Shown here piece by piece: positions 19,391 to 29,181 of a DNA stretch of 64,000 nt (position 1 is the stretch's first letter; the number at the start of each line of letters is the position of its first letter). Both the position numbers and the translations under genes were made by a program. This stretch comes from an uncultured Thermococci archaeon (GTDB lineage Archaea > Methanobacteriota_B > Thermococci > Methanofastidiosales > B48-G16): contig CAZQQT010000010.1 in the NCBI GenBank assembly GCA_964595645.1, forward strand, positions 1 to 64,000. The letters are read 5' to 3'. The notes under the pieces are model-generated. The model worked only from the letters and a program-made list of their open reading frames with translations. It was not told the DNA's origin and made no database searches.

Positions 19391-20563
19391 ATGGGAGAAA
19401 CATTAGCCATGAATGGTGATGCGGCAGTTGCGTATTCCATGAAACAGATAAATCCTGATGTGGTAGCAGGATATCCTATTACGCCTCAGACGATTATCAT
19501 CGAGGAGTTTTCCGAGTACGTCCACGATGGATTGGTGGATACTGAGTTTGTCCTCACGGAATCTGAGCACTCCGCCATGTCTGCGTGTATCGGTGCAGCT
19601 GCAGCTGGTTCACGCGCAGTGACCGCCACCGCATCCGCAGGATATGCGTTGATGTGGGAGACACTTTATATCGCTTCCTCGTTGCGACTCCCCATTGTGA
19701 TGTCCGTGGCGAACAGAGCACTCTCTGCTCCAATAAACATCCACTGCGATCACTCTGACTCAATGGGAGGACGAGATTCCGGATGGATTCAGCTCTACAG
19801 CGAAAATACGCAGGAAGCCTACGACAACATGCTCCAAGCGATACGAATTGGAGAGCATGAAGATGTGGAGCTTCCAGTTGTCATTGGTCTGGATGGATTC
19901 ACACTGACCCACTCCATTGAACGGTTTGACACATTGGACGATGAGGAGGTAAGGGACTTCATCGGTGAGTACAAACCGGAGAGAAAACTGTTAGACATTG
20001 AAAACCCATACACCTCCGGACCTCTCGCACTTCAGGACTACTATATGGAGATGAAACGGCAGCAGCGAGAGGCGATGTACCACGCACCAGATGTGGTGAA
20101 GGAGATAGGAGGGGAATTTGGAGAGCTCTTCGGACGATACTATGATACAATAGAGGGATACAAACTGGATGACGCAGAGTTCGCGGTAATTGTACTTGGA
20201 AGTACTGCAGGAACTGCAAAAACTGCAGTGGATGAGCTGCGAGAGAAAGGAATCAAGGCCGGGTCACTGAAGATACGGATGTTCAGGCCCTTCCCCCACG
20301 ATGAAATACGAGAGGCACTCAAGGATGTCGCATACATTGGAGTTATGGACAGAAGTGACAGCTTTGGCGCACAGGGAGGTCCGGTGTTCCTAGAAACGCG
20401 GTCTGCACTTTACAAGTCGGATGCAGAGATTGCCAGCTATATCTACGGACTCGGCGGCAGAGATGTGAAAATCGACGATATCGTTACTGTGTTCGAGGAT
20501 CTCCAGAAGATCAAGAAGACAGGAAAAATCGAAGAGATATGCAAATACATAGGTGTGAGGTGA
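19391..20563 (+). CDS. porA: Pyruvate:ferredoxin oxidoreductase alpha subunit
   Basis: YPITPQT, ESEHSAMSAC, NRALSAPINIHCDHSD. Confidence 0.92.
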   Translation: MGETLAMNGDAAVAYSMKQINPDVVAGYPITPQTIIIEEFSEYVHDGLVDTEFVLTESEHSAMSACIGAAAAGSRAVTATASAGYALMWETLYIASSLRLPIVMSVANRALSAPINIHCDHSDSMGGRDSGWIQLYSENTQEAYDNMLQAIRIGEHEDVELPVVIGLDGFTLTHSIERFDTLDDEEVRDFIGEYKPERKLLDIENPYTSGPLALQDYYMEMKRQQREAMYHAPDVVKEIGGEFGELFGRYYDTIEGYKLDDAEFAVIVLGSTAGTAKTAVDELREKGIKAGSLKIRMFRPFPHDEIREALKDVAYIGVMDRSDSFGAQGGPVFLETRSALYKSDAEIASYIYGLGGRDVKIDDIVTVFEDLQKIKKTGKIEEICKYIGVR

Positions 20564-20568
20564 GAAGC

Positions 20569-21513
20569 ATGGCGATTAATCTTAAAGAATTATCGAAAAA
20601 GGAAGAACGGCTTGCATCAGGACACAGGCTCTGTGCAGGATGTGCAGAACCGATCATTGCAAGACAGGTACTGCTGGCCATCGATGAGCCGGTGGTTATT
20701 GCCAATGCGACAGGATGCTTTGAGGTTGCGACGAGTATTTATCCATATACCTCGTGGAAGGTCCCATGGATACACTCTGCCTTCGAGAACGCTGCGGCAA
20801 CAATCTCCGGCGTGGAAGCGGCATACAGATCCCTAAAAAAGAAGGGGATCGTGAAGGATAATATACGCTTCGTCGCCTTCGCAGGAGACGGTGGAACCTA
20901 CGATATCGGTCTCCAGTCTCTTAGTGGTGCTGCAGAACGAGGTCACGACTTTCTCTACGTCTGTCTTAACAATGAGGCGTACATGAACACAGGAATCCAG
21001 CGATCCTCCGCGACACCCAAGGGAGCTGCGACGACAACGTCTCCCTGCGGAGATGAGATCCCCGGTGAGAGACAGTATCCAAAGGATCTTACAGGGATTA
21101 TGGCAGCGCATAAGATACCGTACGTTGCCCAGGCATCGCCTGCGTACCATATTGACCTTATGGAGAAGGTGAAGCGAGCGATGAGCTACCACGGACCAAA
21201 GTTCATCAACACGATTGCCACCTGTCCACGAGGATGGCGATCAGCGAGCGATAAGGCAATTACCATCGCACGACTTGCTGTGGAGACATGTATATGGCCG
21301 GTGTATGAAGTGGAAGAGGGAGAATGGAGGCTCACCGCTGACTCGAAAAAGATTGCAGAAGGGAAGAAGGAGAAGAAACCCGTAGATGAGTTTTTCAAAG
21401 AACAGGGACGGTTCAAGCATCTTTTTGGAGACAAATTCAAGGATCTTCTGCCGGAAATCCAGGCAAGAATCGATAAGGACTGGGAAGATCTCAAGAAAAA
21501 GTGCGGGTATTAA
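20569..21513 (+). CDS. porB: Pyruvate:ferredoxin oxidoreductase beta subunit
   Basis: GHRLCAGC, NATGCFEV, AFENAAA, GDGGTYDIG, NNEAYMNTG; GAGGTGA RBS before ATG 20569. Confidence 0.92.
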   Translation: MAINLKELSKKEERLASGHRLCAGCAEPIIARQVLLAIDEPVVIANATGCFEVATSIYPYTSWKVPWIHSAFENAAATISGVEAAYRSLKKKGIVKDNIRFVAFAGDGGTYDIGLQSLSGAAERGHDFLYVCLNNEAYMNTGIQRSSATPKGAATTTSPCGDEIPGERQYPKDLTGIMAAHKIPYVAQASPAYHIDLMEKVKRAMSYHGPKFINTIATCPRGWRSASDKAITIARLAVETCIWPVYEVEEGEWRLTADSKKIAEGKKEKKPVDEFFKEQGRFKHLFGDKFKDLLPEIQARIDKDWEDLKKKCGY

Positions 21514-23858
21514 TCTTTCTCTTTTTCTATTCTTTTTTTTAGTTCTCGAATTTCTTTCAATCTTTTTTTGTTGAATACTCTAGCAATACGCTCGCATGCT
21601 TCTATTTTATGGACAACACTGTCGAGATAGGAGAATATATCGCCTGTGTAAAGTGTGAGATTGTACTTGAGAAAGTTATTAGATATTTTTCGTGGGGAGT
21701 GACCGTTAAGTCTATATTGTATTATTTTTTTAGAGATTTTTTTCTCTGGACAATCGCAGTACGGGTACTCTCTACACTCGCAGGTAAAGAACTCCAGTAT
21801 TAGTGGTTCTACAGCCTTTAGTTCATCCGGTCGTGTCACCGCGTCCAACACTTCGCCGGAAAAAAGATTTGAGCTTCTTACCTCCAGAATACTGCGGAGT
21901 TTTTTTGTGATATACACGTTACGGAATGATTCCAAGGAGACGATGATATCGAGAAGGTCTCCATCGAGATTTTTTCTGATAAACTCAGCATCTTCTATAT
22001 TGAGGAATGATACTGCCACTGCTCTCCCGTAAGGGGTAGGACTAGTATTTTTTACGAGATTATATTTCTTTAGTTTCTTTATTTTGTCAGTATCTAACGG
22101 ATACAATGTTTTTTTATTCATTTCCTGGAACTTCTCGGGAGAACAGCATATATTTGCCAAAAGATTCTCTAGCACCATCTCCTCACTGTAACGCACCTCC
22201 ACATCCTCATCTCCACTCTGGAGAAGTTCAAATGCGATTTTGTCTTCTGAGGTATCTCGGTATTCTTTCAGTGGGTCGATCAGAAGGTATACTTTTCCCT
22301 TTTCATGATAGTCCGGTCTCCCCGCCCTCCCCAGCATTTGGTGGAACTCCCTCACCTTTAGTTCTTCGATACCCATCTGAAGCGACGCAAAAATGACCTG
22401 CGATGAAGGAAAGTCCACTCCAGCAGCCAGTGCGGCTGTGGTGACTACACAGTGAATTTTCTGGTTCCAGAAATTTCTCTCAATTCGTGTTCTCTCTGGG
22501 TACGAGAGACCCGCATGGTAACTCCGTGCTTTCACCCCCCTCCGTTGGAGGTACGATGCGATCTCGTTGCATTTTCGTCGCGAGTAAGTGAACACAATAC
22601 TCTGTCCGTGGTAGCCTTTTTTTGAGATGTTGTTCCACTCTCTTTTCGCAATTTTCCGTATTACATCTTTCTTCCTATTTTCCTGTGCAAACACAAGATG
22701 TCTCTCCAACGGTATCGGGCGCTGATCGTACACCACAGGGTGCAGTCCGAGATCCTCTGCCAGTTCCTCGGCGTTCCCGATGGTGGCGGATAGTCCGATA
22801 AACTGTGCGTCAGGATGCAGAGTTCTCAGCCGTGCAATCAGTCCATCGAGCCGCGGACCCCGTTCTTCCTCATCGATCATGTGAACTTCATCTATCACGA
22901 TTGTTCCGATCCCGCCGAGGTCTTTCCCTACTCTGAGCAGGAAATCTATCCCTTCGTAGGTCCCCACGATGATATCTGCATCGATTCCTGTATCGACTGT
23001 CGGCGCTTCTTTCGTTTTAATTCGTGAGATACCAACCCGAATCGCCACAGAAAACGGGTAATGCTTTTTAAACTCCTCGTATTTTTGGTTTGCCAGTGCT
23101 ACCAATGGGACGAGAAATAGAAGTTTCTTTCCCTTAGCCACCTTTGGGATTCCGGCGAGTTCACCGGTGAGTGTTTTTCCCGAGGCCGTGGCGGACACTA
23201 TCAAAAGATCTTCACCTTTTAAAAGCCCATTATCCACAGCCAGTGTTTGTGTGGGATAAAGCTTTGCAATACCTCTTTTTTTTAAGTTTTTCTTTAAAAA
23301 CGAAGGAAGTGATAAGGAGTCTATACTTGTGCCTTCCAGTTTGTGTGCTTCCAGCTCGTCAAACTTTGTGACCTCGGGATTCAGCCCTTCCCGCGGATCG
23401 AAGATTTTTAACACCCTATCTACGTCTTTTACCCGCCGCAGCACCTTCACGATCGCCTCGTCGGATGAAATGTTTCTATACCGCATTTCCCTGAATATTT
23501 CCTTCTTCGCACACTCCTCGCATACCTGCTCTCCGCGGTAGTTGTATCCCCGTTTCATCCTCGTAATTTTTCCATCTATCAGACAGAATCGACAGAGATC
23601 GATTCGCTCGTGGGAAATATTAAAATCATCGAGCATCTCCTCCATTTCTTCACATTTCTCGGCAGTGTAGACATCGTGGTCCCTGAGGAGCTGTATCACG
23701 TTGTTGGGCTGAAGGAGATTGTCGCCTGTTCGAAATTTTTTTGGTCTGTAGCCCTTTGATGTTTCGCTCAATGTGAGATTGTACTTCTTTGTACCGCTGT
23801 GTATTTTTTTATACAGCTCGAACTCATGGGCCTTAGTCCCCTGTTTGACAACGATCAT
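21510..23858 (-). CDS. Archaea-specific Ski2-like DEVH helicase (ASH-Ski2, COG1202-type)
   Basis: N-terminal CRFC..CEEC, SATASGKT, DEVH, LSAT, QMLGRAGRP, C-terminal CECREYPYCDC. Confidence 0.9.
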   Translation of the reverse strand: MIVVKQGTKAHEFELYKKIHSGTKKYNLTLSETSKGYRPKKFRTGDNLLQPNNVIQLLRDHDVYTAEKCEEMEEMLDDFNISHERIDLCRFCLIDGKITRMKRGYNYRGEQVCEECAKKEIFREMRYRNISSDEAIVKVLRRVKDVDRVLKIFDPREGLNPEVTKFDELEAHKLEGTSIDSLSLPSFLKKNLKKRGIAKLYPTQTLAVDNGLLKGEDLLIVSATASGKTLTGELAGIPKVAKGKKLLFLVPLVALANQKYEEFKKHYPFSVAIRVGISRIKTKEAPTVDTGIDADIIVGTYEGIDFLLRVGKDLGGIGTIVIDEVHMIDEEERGPRLDGLIARLRTLHPDAQFIGLSATIGNAEELAEDLGLHPVVYDQRPIPLERHLVFAQENRKKDVIRKIAKREWNNISKKGYHGQSIVFTYSRRKCNEIASYLQRRGVKARSYHAGLSYPERTRIERNFWNQKIHCVVTTAALAAGVDFPSSQVIFASLQMGIEELKVREFHQMLGRAGRPDYHEKGKVYLLIDPLKEYRDTSEDKIAFELLQSGDEDVEVRYSEEMVLENLLANICCSPEKFQEMNKKTLYPLDTDKIKKLKKYNLVKNTSPTPYGRAVAVSFLNIEDAEFIRKNLDGDLLDIIVSLESFRNVYITKKLRSILEVRSSNLFSGEVLDAVTRPDELKAVEPLILEFFTCECREYPYCDCPEKKISKKIIQYRLNGHSPRKISNNFLKYNLTLYTGDIFSYLDSVVHKIEACERIARVFNKKRLKEIRELKKRIEKEKD

Positions 23859-23882
23859 TTGACACTACCAGTGCAAACGAGT

Positions 23883-25049
23883 TTAAAAGCGTTGGTTCCA
23901 CCATACTGTAAGAAAAAGCACGAAAAGCACACTACTTGTGACGGACGCAACCAAAAAGATCCATTCAATCCCCATGAACGAAGCTACAGGGGCAAAGATA
24001 ATCGGTGCAGAGAACTGACCGAGAAATCCGATCATCCCGAGATATGAGCTGAATCTCCCTTGGAAGGTGGCGGGAACGAGTTCACCCACCCAGAGCATCA
24101 CCGTGGGAAAGCTCATCCCGTGGCCTATGCCATACAAAATTATCGCGGGAGCAATCCATAGTTCGGAGGGAGATTGCGCAATGATAAGAAATGCAATGGT
24201 CCACAGTGCCAGTGAAAACAATAAAATCTTCTTGTATGCCAGCAATGCCTTTACTTTATCGTACATCGATGCAATAGTTGCGGCGGACATGCCGAGAACG
24301 GCTAAAAAAAGACTGATGTGAAAAGATGATGTAATCCCAAAATTTTCCAGCAGCTGTGGAAGATACACGACATTCGTGTACAAAAAGACATTCAAAAGGA
24401 ACATAAATCCATAAATTACAAAAAGTAAACGTTTCTTCCATAGAATGTTAAGAACATTTATACCCCGGTCTGTTTTAGTTTCTTCAACTCGTGGTATTTC
24501 GGGCATGGAGAAGTATGCGAGAATTCCAAGAGGTATCCCTATGGTGTAGATTCCAAAAGGGAAATGCCATGAGAAGGCACCCAGCGCACCGCCCAGTAAT
24601 GGCCATACCACAGCGCCTATACTGTTGGCACTGGCCCGCAATCCCATTACCTTATCTCTTTCCGTGTCATGATATAGATTATAGATGAGCACGAGGATCG
24701 AGGTGAATATAAAGGCTACCGCCACTCCAAGAAATGCCCTGCTCACTAACAAAAGCCAATATGTGTCTATAACTAGTCCTGCACCTCCTGAAAATCCGTA
24801 GAGGATCAGCCCGAGAATATACGGTTTTTTTGCTCCTATTTTGTCGATAATACTACCAGCCACTGGACTCAGTATAGCAATGAATATAGAGTGTACAGTG
24901 ATTACTAACCCGGCAGAGGAGGGAGAGAGATTCAAACCATCTCTGATAAGGGTTACTACCGGTCCCAAGATTGCCCCTGCCATCACAGTAAGTGTAGAGG
25001 AGATGATAATGATCCACAGTATATCTCTTTTAGACAGGTCACCCGACAT
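23883..25049 (-). CDS. MFS transporter
   Basis: Motif A GSIIDKIGAK; 12 TM helices. Confidence 0.92.
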   Translation of the reverse strand: MSGDLSKRDILWIIIISSTLTVMAGAILGPVVTLIRDGLNLSPSSAGLVITVHSIFIAILSPVAGSIIDKIGAKKPYILGLILYGFSGGAGLVIDTYWLLLVSRAFLGVAVAFIFTSILVLIYNLYHDTERDKVMGLRASANSIGAVVWPLLGGALGAFSWHFPFGIYTIGIPLGILAYFSMPEIPRVEETKTDRGINVLNILWKKRLLFVIYGFMFLLNVFLYTNVVYLPQLLENFGITSSFHISLFLAVLGMSAATIASMYDKVKALLAYKKILLFSLALWTIAFLIIAQSPSELWIAPAIILYGIGHGMSFPTVMLWVGELVPATFQGRFSSYLGMIGFLGQFSAPIIFAPVASFMGIEWIFLVASVTSSVLFVLFLTVWWNQRF

Positions 25050-25125
25050 TTCAGTTCCTCCATGGAATGAACGTGATCGTGTAGAGGAGAATAACCTTTT
25101 TTACCTTTCGGAGTAATATGTGCAT

Positions 25126-26163
25126 ATGGAGACCCAGATCATCAGACTCGATTCCGATAATCCAGACCTCACAAAAATCGCCGTAGCAGGTAAGATAATC
25201 AAGGAAGGGGGACTTGTGGCCTTTCCTACAGAGACAGTGTATGGTCTTGGGGCAGATACACTCAATGCCGACGCCGTACGAAAAATATTTGCAGTGAAAA
25301 AGCGACCTGCTGACAATCCCATCATTAACCATATCGCAGACAAAGATTGGATTCACAGACTGGCAAAAACCGTTCCTGATATAGCTATAGAGCTGGCAGA
25401 CGCCTTTTGGCCTGGTCCCCTCACCATGATATTCAAAAAAAAGAAGATCGTACCCGACGTGGTGACTGCGGGGTTAAAGACGACATCGATGCGGATGCCA
25501 AAAAACTCAATCGCGTTAGAATTAATCCAATCGGCGGAGTGTCCGATCGCCGCACCCTCTGCAAACCTCTCGGGAAAACCCTCACCCACGACTGCCGATC
25601 ACGTGATTCACGATCTCAATGGGAAGATAGAGTGTATTATCGACGGCGGGAGTACGGATATTGGGGTGGAATCTACAGTCATCGATCTCAGCGTTTCTCC
25701 TCCCCTTCTCCTGCGGCCCGGAGGAGTAACCTACGAAGCACTAAAGGGGTATATCGATATACAGCTCCATCCGGCGGCAGAGGCAATGATCGAGATGAAA
25801 GAGAAAACAGCATCTCCTGGGATGAAGTATCGGCACTATGCACCAACTGCTCCGCTGATTCTCGTGGAAGGAGGGACAAAGAACGTAGTAAAAAAGATCC
25901 GGGAGCTCTATGCCGAAAACAGCAAAAAAAAAGTAGGCATAATCGCGACCGAAGAGACAAAAAAATATTATACAGGTAATACAAAGGTAATAGGAAGCAG
26001 GAAATATATGGGAGATGTCGCAAAAAATCTCTTTAAAATTTTACGTGAATTTGATGAAGAAGGGGCCGATCTTATTCTCTCTGAGGGATTTTCTTCTGAA
26101 GGATTAGGGTTGGCGGTGATGAATAGGCTGCGGAAGGCGGCAAAGACGGTAATCAGGGTGTGA
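25126..26163 (+). CDS. sua5: L-threonylcarbamoyladenylate synthase
   Basis: VAFPTETVYGLGA, KKRPADNP, APSANLSG, SPGMKYRHYAP, plus C-terminal SUA5 domain. Confidence 0.97.
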   Translation: METQIIRLDSDNPDLTKIAVAGKIIKEGGLVAFPTETVYGLGADTLNADAVRKIFAVKKRPADNPIINHIADKDWIHRLAKTVPDIAIELADAFWPGPLTMIFKKKKIVPDVVTAGLKTTSMRMPKNSIALELIQSAECPIAAPSANLSGKPSPTTADHVIHDLNGKIECIIDGGSTDIGVESTVIDLSVSPPLLLRPGGVTYEALKGYIDIQLHPAAEAMIEMKEKTASPGMKYRHYAPTAPLILVEGGTKNVVKKIRELYAENSKKKVGIIATEETKKYYTGNTKVIGSRKYMGDVAKNLFKILREFDEEGADLILSEGFSSEGLGLAVMNRLRKAAKTVIRV

Positions 26164-27560
26164 CAATGGGGTTCTCAAAGGAAATTTCCAGAGCGGCAGA
26201 ACTAGTAAGAAAACACAAGAACGATACGGCACAGATAATCTCGCATTTAGATGCGGATGGAATCAGCGCTGCTGGCATCATATCAACGACACTTGATAGA
26301 GAAGGAATAGAAAATAAAGTAAACATCATAAAGTTAAAAAATATTGTAGATACTGCAAATAATGAAGAACTGACCATTTTCACAGATCTGGGATCAGGAC
26401 AGCTCCCGCAGCTGAACCGAATAATGGAAAAAGACTACATCGTTATCGATCATCACCTTCCCCAGGGCGAGTGTTCATACCATATCAACCCTAACCTCTT
26501 CGGCATCGATGGATCCAGAGAGGTGAGCGGAGCGGGATTGAGCTATCTTCTCTCTCGAAAGTTTGGAAATCGAGATCTTGTGGATCTCGCGATTGTGGGT
26601 GCTGTCGGAGACATGCAAAATTTCTGGGGTAAACTTGAGGGACTCAACCATACTATTCTGAATGAGGCCGTCACACACGATAGAATAAAAGTGGAAACAA
26701 ACTTACTGCTGTATGGACGAGAGACACGACCAGTGTATAAGGCGCTACAGTATTTCTCAGATCCGTATGTTCCCGGTATCACTGGCGATGAGTCTGCGTC
26801 GATTGCGTTGCTTCGACGATTGGATATTCCTCTAAAGATAGAGGATAGATGGCGAACACCCTCCGATCTCAAGTTTGAAGAGCGAAAAAAGCTCGCCACC
26901 GAGATTATCTCTAGATCTGCTTCTTCTGTGCCAAAAGAACTCGTGGAGTATCTTCCTCAGTTGGTGATTGGGGAGACGTACACTCTGTTACATGAAGAAA
27001 AGGGAACACCGTTACGGGATGCCAGTGAGTATTCTACGTGTTTAAATGCTGCGGGAAGAAACGATGAAGCTGAAATTGGTGTTGAGGTTGCGAAGGGAAA
27101 CCGAGGGGTATACTACGATGTGCTTATGGGTCTCCTCCAAAAACACAGAACGTTACTCGCGAAGAGCATCGAAAAAGTTGGTGATATTACACAGAGAGAA
27201 TATATACAATTTTTTAATGCACCGATCAGCGAAAATTTAATCGGTACAATTGCAGGGATGTTGCTTGGGACTAAAGCAGATCCGTATAAACCGCTGGTGG
27301 GAATCGCGAACTCTAACGACCGCCTAAAAATTTCCGTTCGATGTTCAAAACTTCTCGTACTGAAGGGAGTAAACATGGCGGAGGCGATTATGCGCGCAGC
27401 TCGGGAGGTGGAAGGAGTAGGGGGAGGACATGCTCCAGCATGCGGTGCGTACATCCCACAGAATACCCTCTCAGACTTTCTTGATATTTTCGAAAAAGAA
27501 GTAGAAAAACAGCTAGAAGCAGAGAATATCAAAAATAATAGCAGGAATATAGTGGCTTAA
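26160..27560 (+). CDS. DHH-family RecJ/Cdc45-like nuclease (GINS-associated nuclease type)
   Basis: SHLDADG, TDLGSG, IDHH, GAVGD, GGGHAPACG. Start may be ATG 26166. Confidence 0.9.
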   Translation: MTMGFSKEISRAAELVRKHKNDTAQIISHLDADGISAAGIISTTLDREGIENKVNIIKLKNIVDTANNEELTIFTDLGSGQLPQLNRIMEKDYIVIDHHLPQGECSYHINPNLFGIDGSREVSGAGLSYLLSRKFGNRDLVDLAIVGAVGDMQNFWGKLEGLNHTILNEAVTHDRIKVETNLLLYGRETRPVYKALQYFSDPYVPGITGDESASIALLRRLDIPLKIEDRWRTPSDLKFEERKKLATEIISRSASSVPKELVEYLPQLVIGETYTLLHEEKGTPLRDASEYSTCLNAAGRNDEAEIGVEVAKGNRGVYYDVLMGLLQKHRTLLAKSIEKVGDITQREYIQFFNAPISENLIGTIAGMLLGTKADPYKPLVGIANSNDRLKISVRCSKLLVLKGVNMAEAIMRAAREVEGVGGGHAPACGAYIPQNTLSDFLDIFEKEVEKQLEAENIKNNSRNIVA

Positions 27561-28100
27561 GAAACTGGGAAGGATTGATTCTGTTTTGTAGTCCATATAG
27601 CCAAGAACAATTCCGGCAAAAAACGAGTAGTACAGCTCGATCGTCGGTTTCCCGATGTGGATGAATCCATAGGGAATGGCCTGTACCAGTATTGCATACC
27701 ATCCTATCGATTTTCTCAGCTCGAACATGAGGAATCCACGAAAGAAGAACTCCGTTGAAAGCATTACTATGCCGATAAAAAGCTCATTTTTTGCAAAACA
27801 AGGCAATGATTCACAGGAAAACAGAGGATAATATTGTTGGAACGATTCAAGAGATGATCCATAGAGCATTATAGGAAGAGAGACAGTGAGAACAATGAGA
27901 AAGTACAACACTGATCTTTTCCAGTTCTTCAGAGTCAGTCCGTACTTTCGCGGATCCTTTTTGCCAATGTACAGAATGAAGAGCGGAATACCGAGGTAGA
28001 AGACACTGAGTTTCACCGCCCACCATCCCACTGACGGAGCAGTGAGAAGTTCGCTAACAATGAGGAGCGCCGATGCTGTGAGGAGGAGAATCATGGTCAC
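27513..28100 (-). CDS. CPBP (CAAX/Abi) intramembrane glutamic protease
   Basis: TEFFFRG, FIH, SH motifs; multiple TM helices. Confidence 0.88.
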   Translation of the reverse strand: MTMILLLTASALLIVSELLTAPSVGWWAVKLSVFYLGIPLFILYIGKKDPRKYGLTLKNWKRSVLYFLIVLTVSLPIMLYGSSLESFQQYYPLFSCESLPCFAKNELFIGIVMLSTEFFFRGFLMFELRKSIGWYAILVQAIPYGFIHIGKPTIELYYSFFAGIVLGYMDYKTESILPSFLSHYIPAIIFDILCF

Positions 28101-29098
28101 ACCAGTGGAATATACTCTACTCTCTTTCTTTTATGGATTGGGTACTCCTTTACGATTCCTGCCTTTACTTTTCGTTCTCGAAGCAGATCCGTTATCTCTG
28201 AGAGTGCAAACCAGTGGAGGTAGATCTTCTTATTGCGGCAGTCTTTCTCTATCAGCTCTTCTCCTATCTCCACGTTCTCCACGATAAAATTGTACACAGT
28301 TTCCACAGGTTCCTCACACACAATTACACCTTTCACAATGAGAGCATCCTCTATCTCTTCATATGGTTTTTTTACATTTTTTGCTCGTCTTTTCAACCGT
28401 TCTCGGAGCTGTACAGAGTCTTTGAAGGAAGAAGAGCAGTAATGAATCATTAAATCGAGATCACTGTACTTTTTCACAATCTTCAGTGCGATTTCTTCGC
28501 TTCCCGCCACCGCTGCGGTGTCTGTGAACGTGAACCCCCTATTTTTTAACGCGTTGGCATTTGTTTCAGAGTACTCCAGTTCATTCAAATTGAGAAATTT
28601 TGCGCCTACGTTATCTAGATACTCTACAAACTCCTCAATGTACGCGCTGTTAATTGCGGGGATTTCGGCACCCACATCGAAATCGTAGTTCAGCGCGGTT
28701 TCTATTACCTTCCAGTCTCTCTGCGGATGGAACCGCATCTCATCAACATAGGGCTCCAGACGTTCGAAAACTTCATTATCACAGAGTGTTTCCGTGGTGT
28801 AGAGATGGATATGGTGAGGGGAGAACGTATCCTTCAAAAGAGAAGTGTAGTGAATTGTTCTCTCAAGTTTTAGAATAGGATCCCCTCCAGTGATTCCGGT
28901 GCCTTCGGCATCTATAAGACGTGCCTCGTTGAGAATATCCTCGTCACAGTCCACTTTCCGTTCGTTGGCGTATACAACATCTTTATTTTTCCTCTTTTTC
29001 GAGAGCGGACAGTAGTAACAAGAATCCTCACACATACCTGTAACGAAGAGTACGAGTTTTCCTCCGCGGGCACATATCTTACATCCCTCAGGCATCAT
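28097..29098 (-). CDS. Radical SAM protein (archaeal COG2108-type)
   Basis: GKLVLFVTGMCEDSCYYCP, GITGGDP, LNLNELE. Confidence 0.9.
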   Translation of the reverse strand: MMPEGCKICARGGKLVLFVTGMCEDSCYYCPLSKKRKNKDVVYANERKVDCDEDILNEARLIDAEGTGITGGDPILKLERTIHYTSLLKDTFSPHHIHLYTTETLCDNEVFERLEPYVDEMRFHPQRDWKVIETALNYDFDVGAEIPAINSAYIEEFVEYLDNVGAKFLNLNELEYSETNANALKNRGFTFTDTAAVAGSEEIALKIVKKYSDLDLMIHYCSSSFKDSVQLRERLKRRAKNVKKPYEEIEDALIVKGVIVCEEPVETVYNFIVENVEIGEELIEKDCRNKKIYLHWFALSEITDLLRERKVKAGIVKEYPIHKRKRVEYIPLV

Positions 29099-29181
29099 GG
29101 AATTTCTTTTTTAAAGGAGTTTTAAAATCTTTCTTCTTCCACTACCACAGGTATTTATATTTTCATAAAAAAATTCTCACT

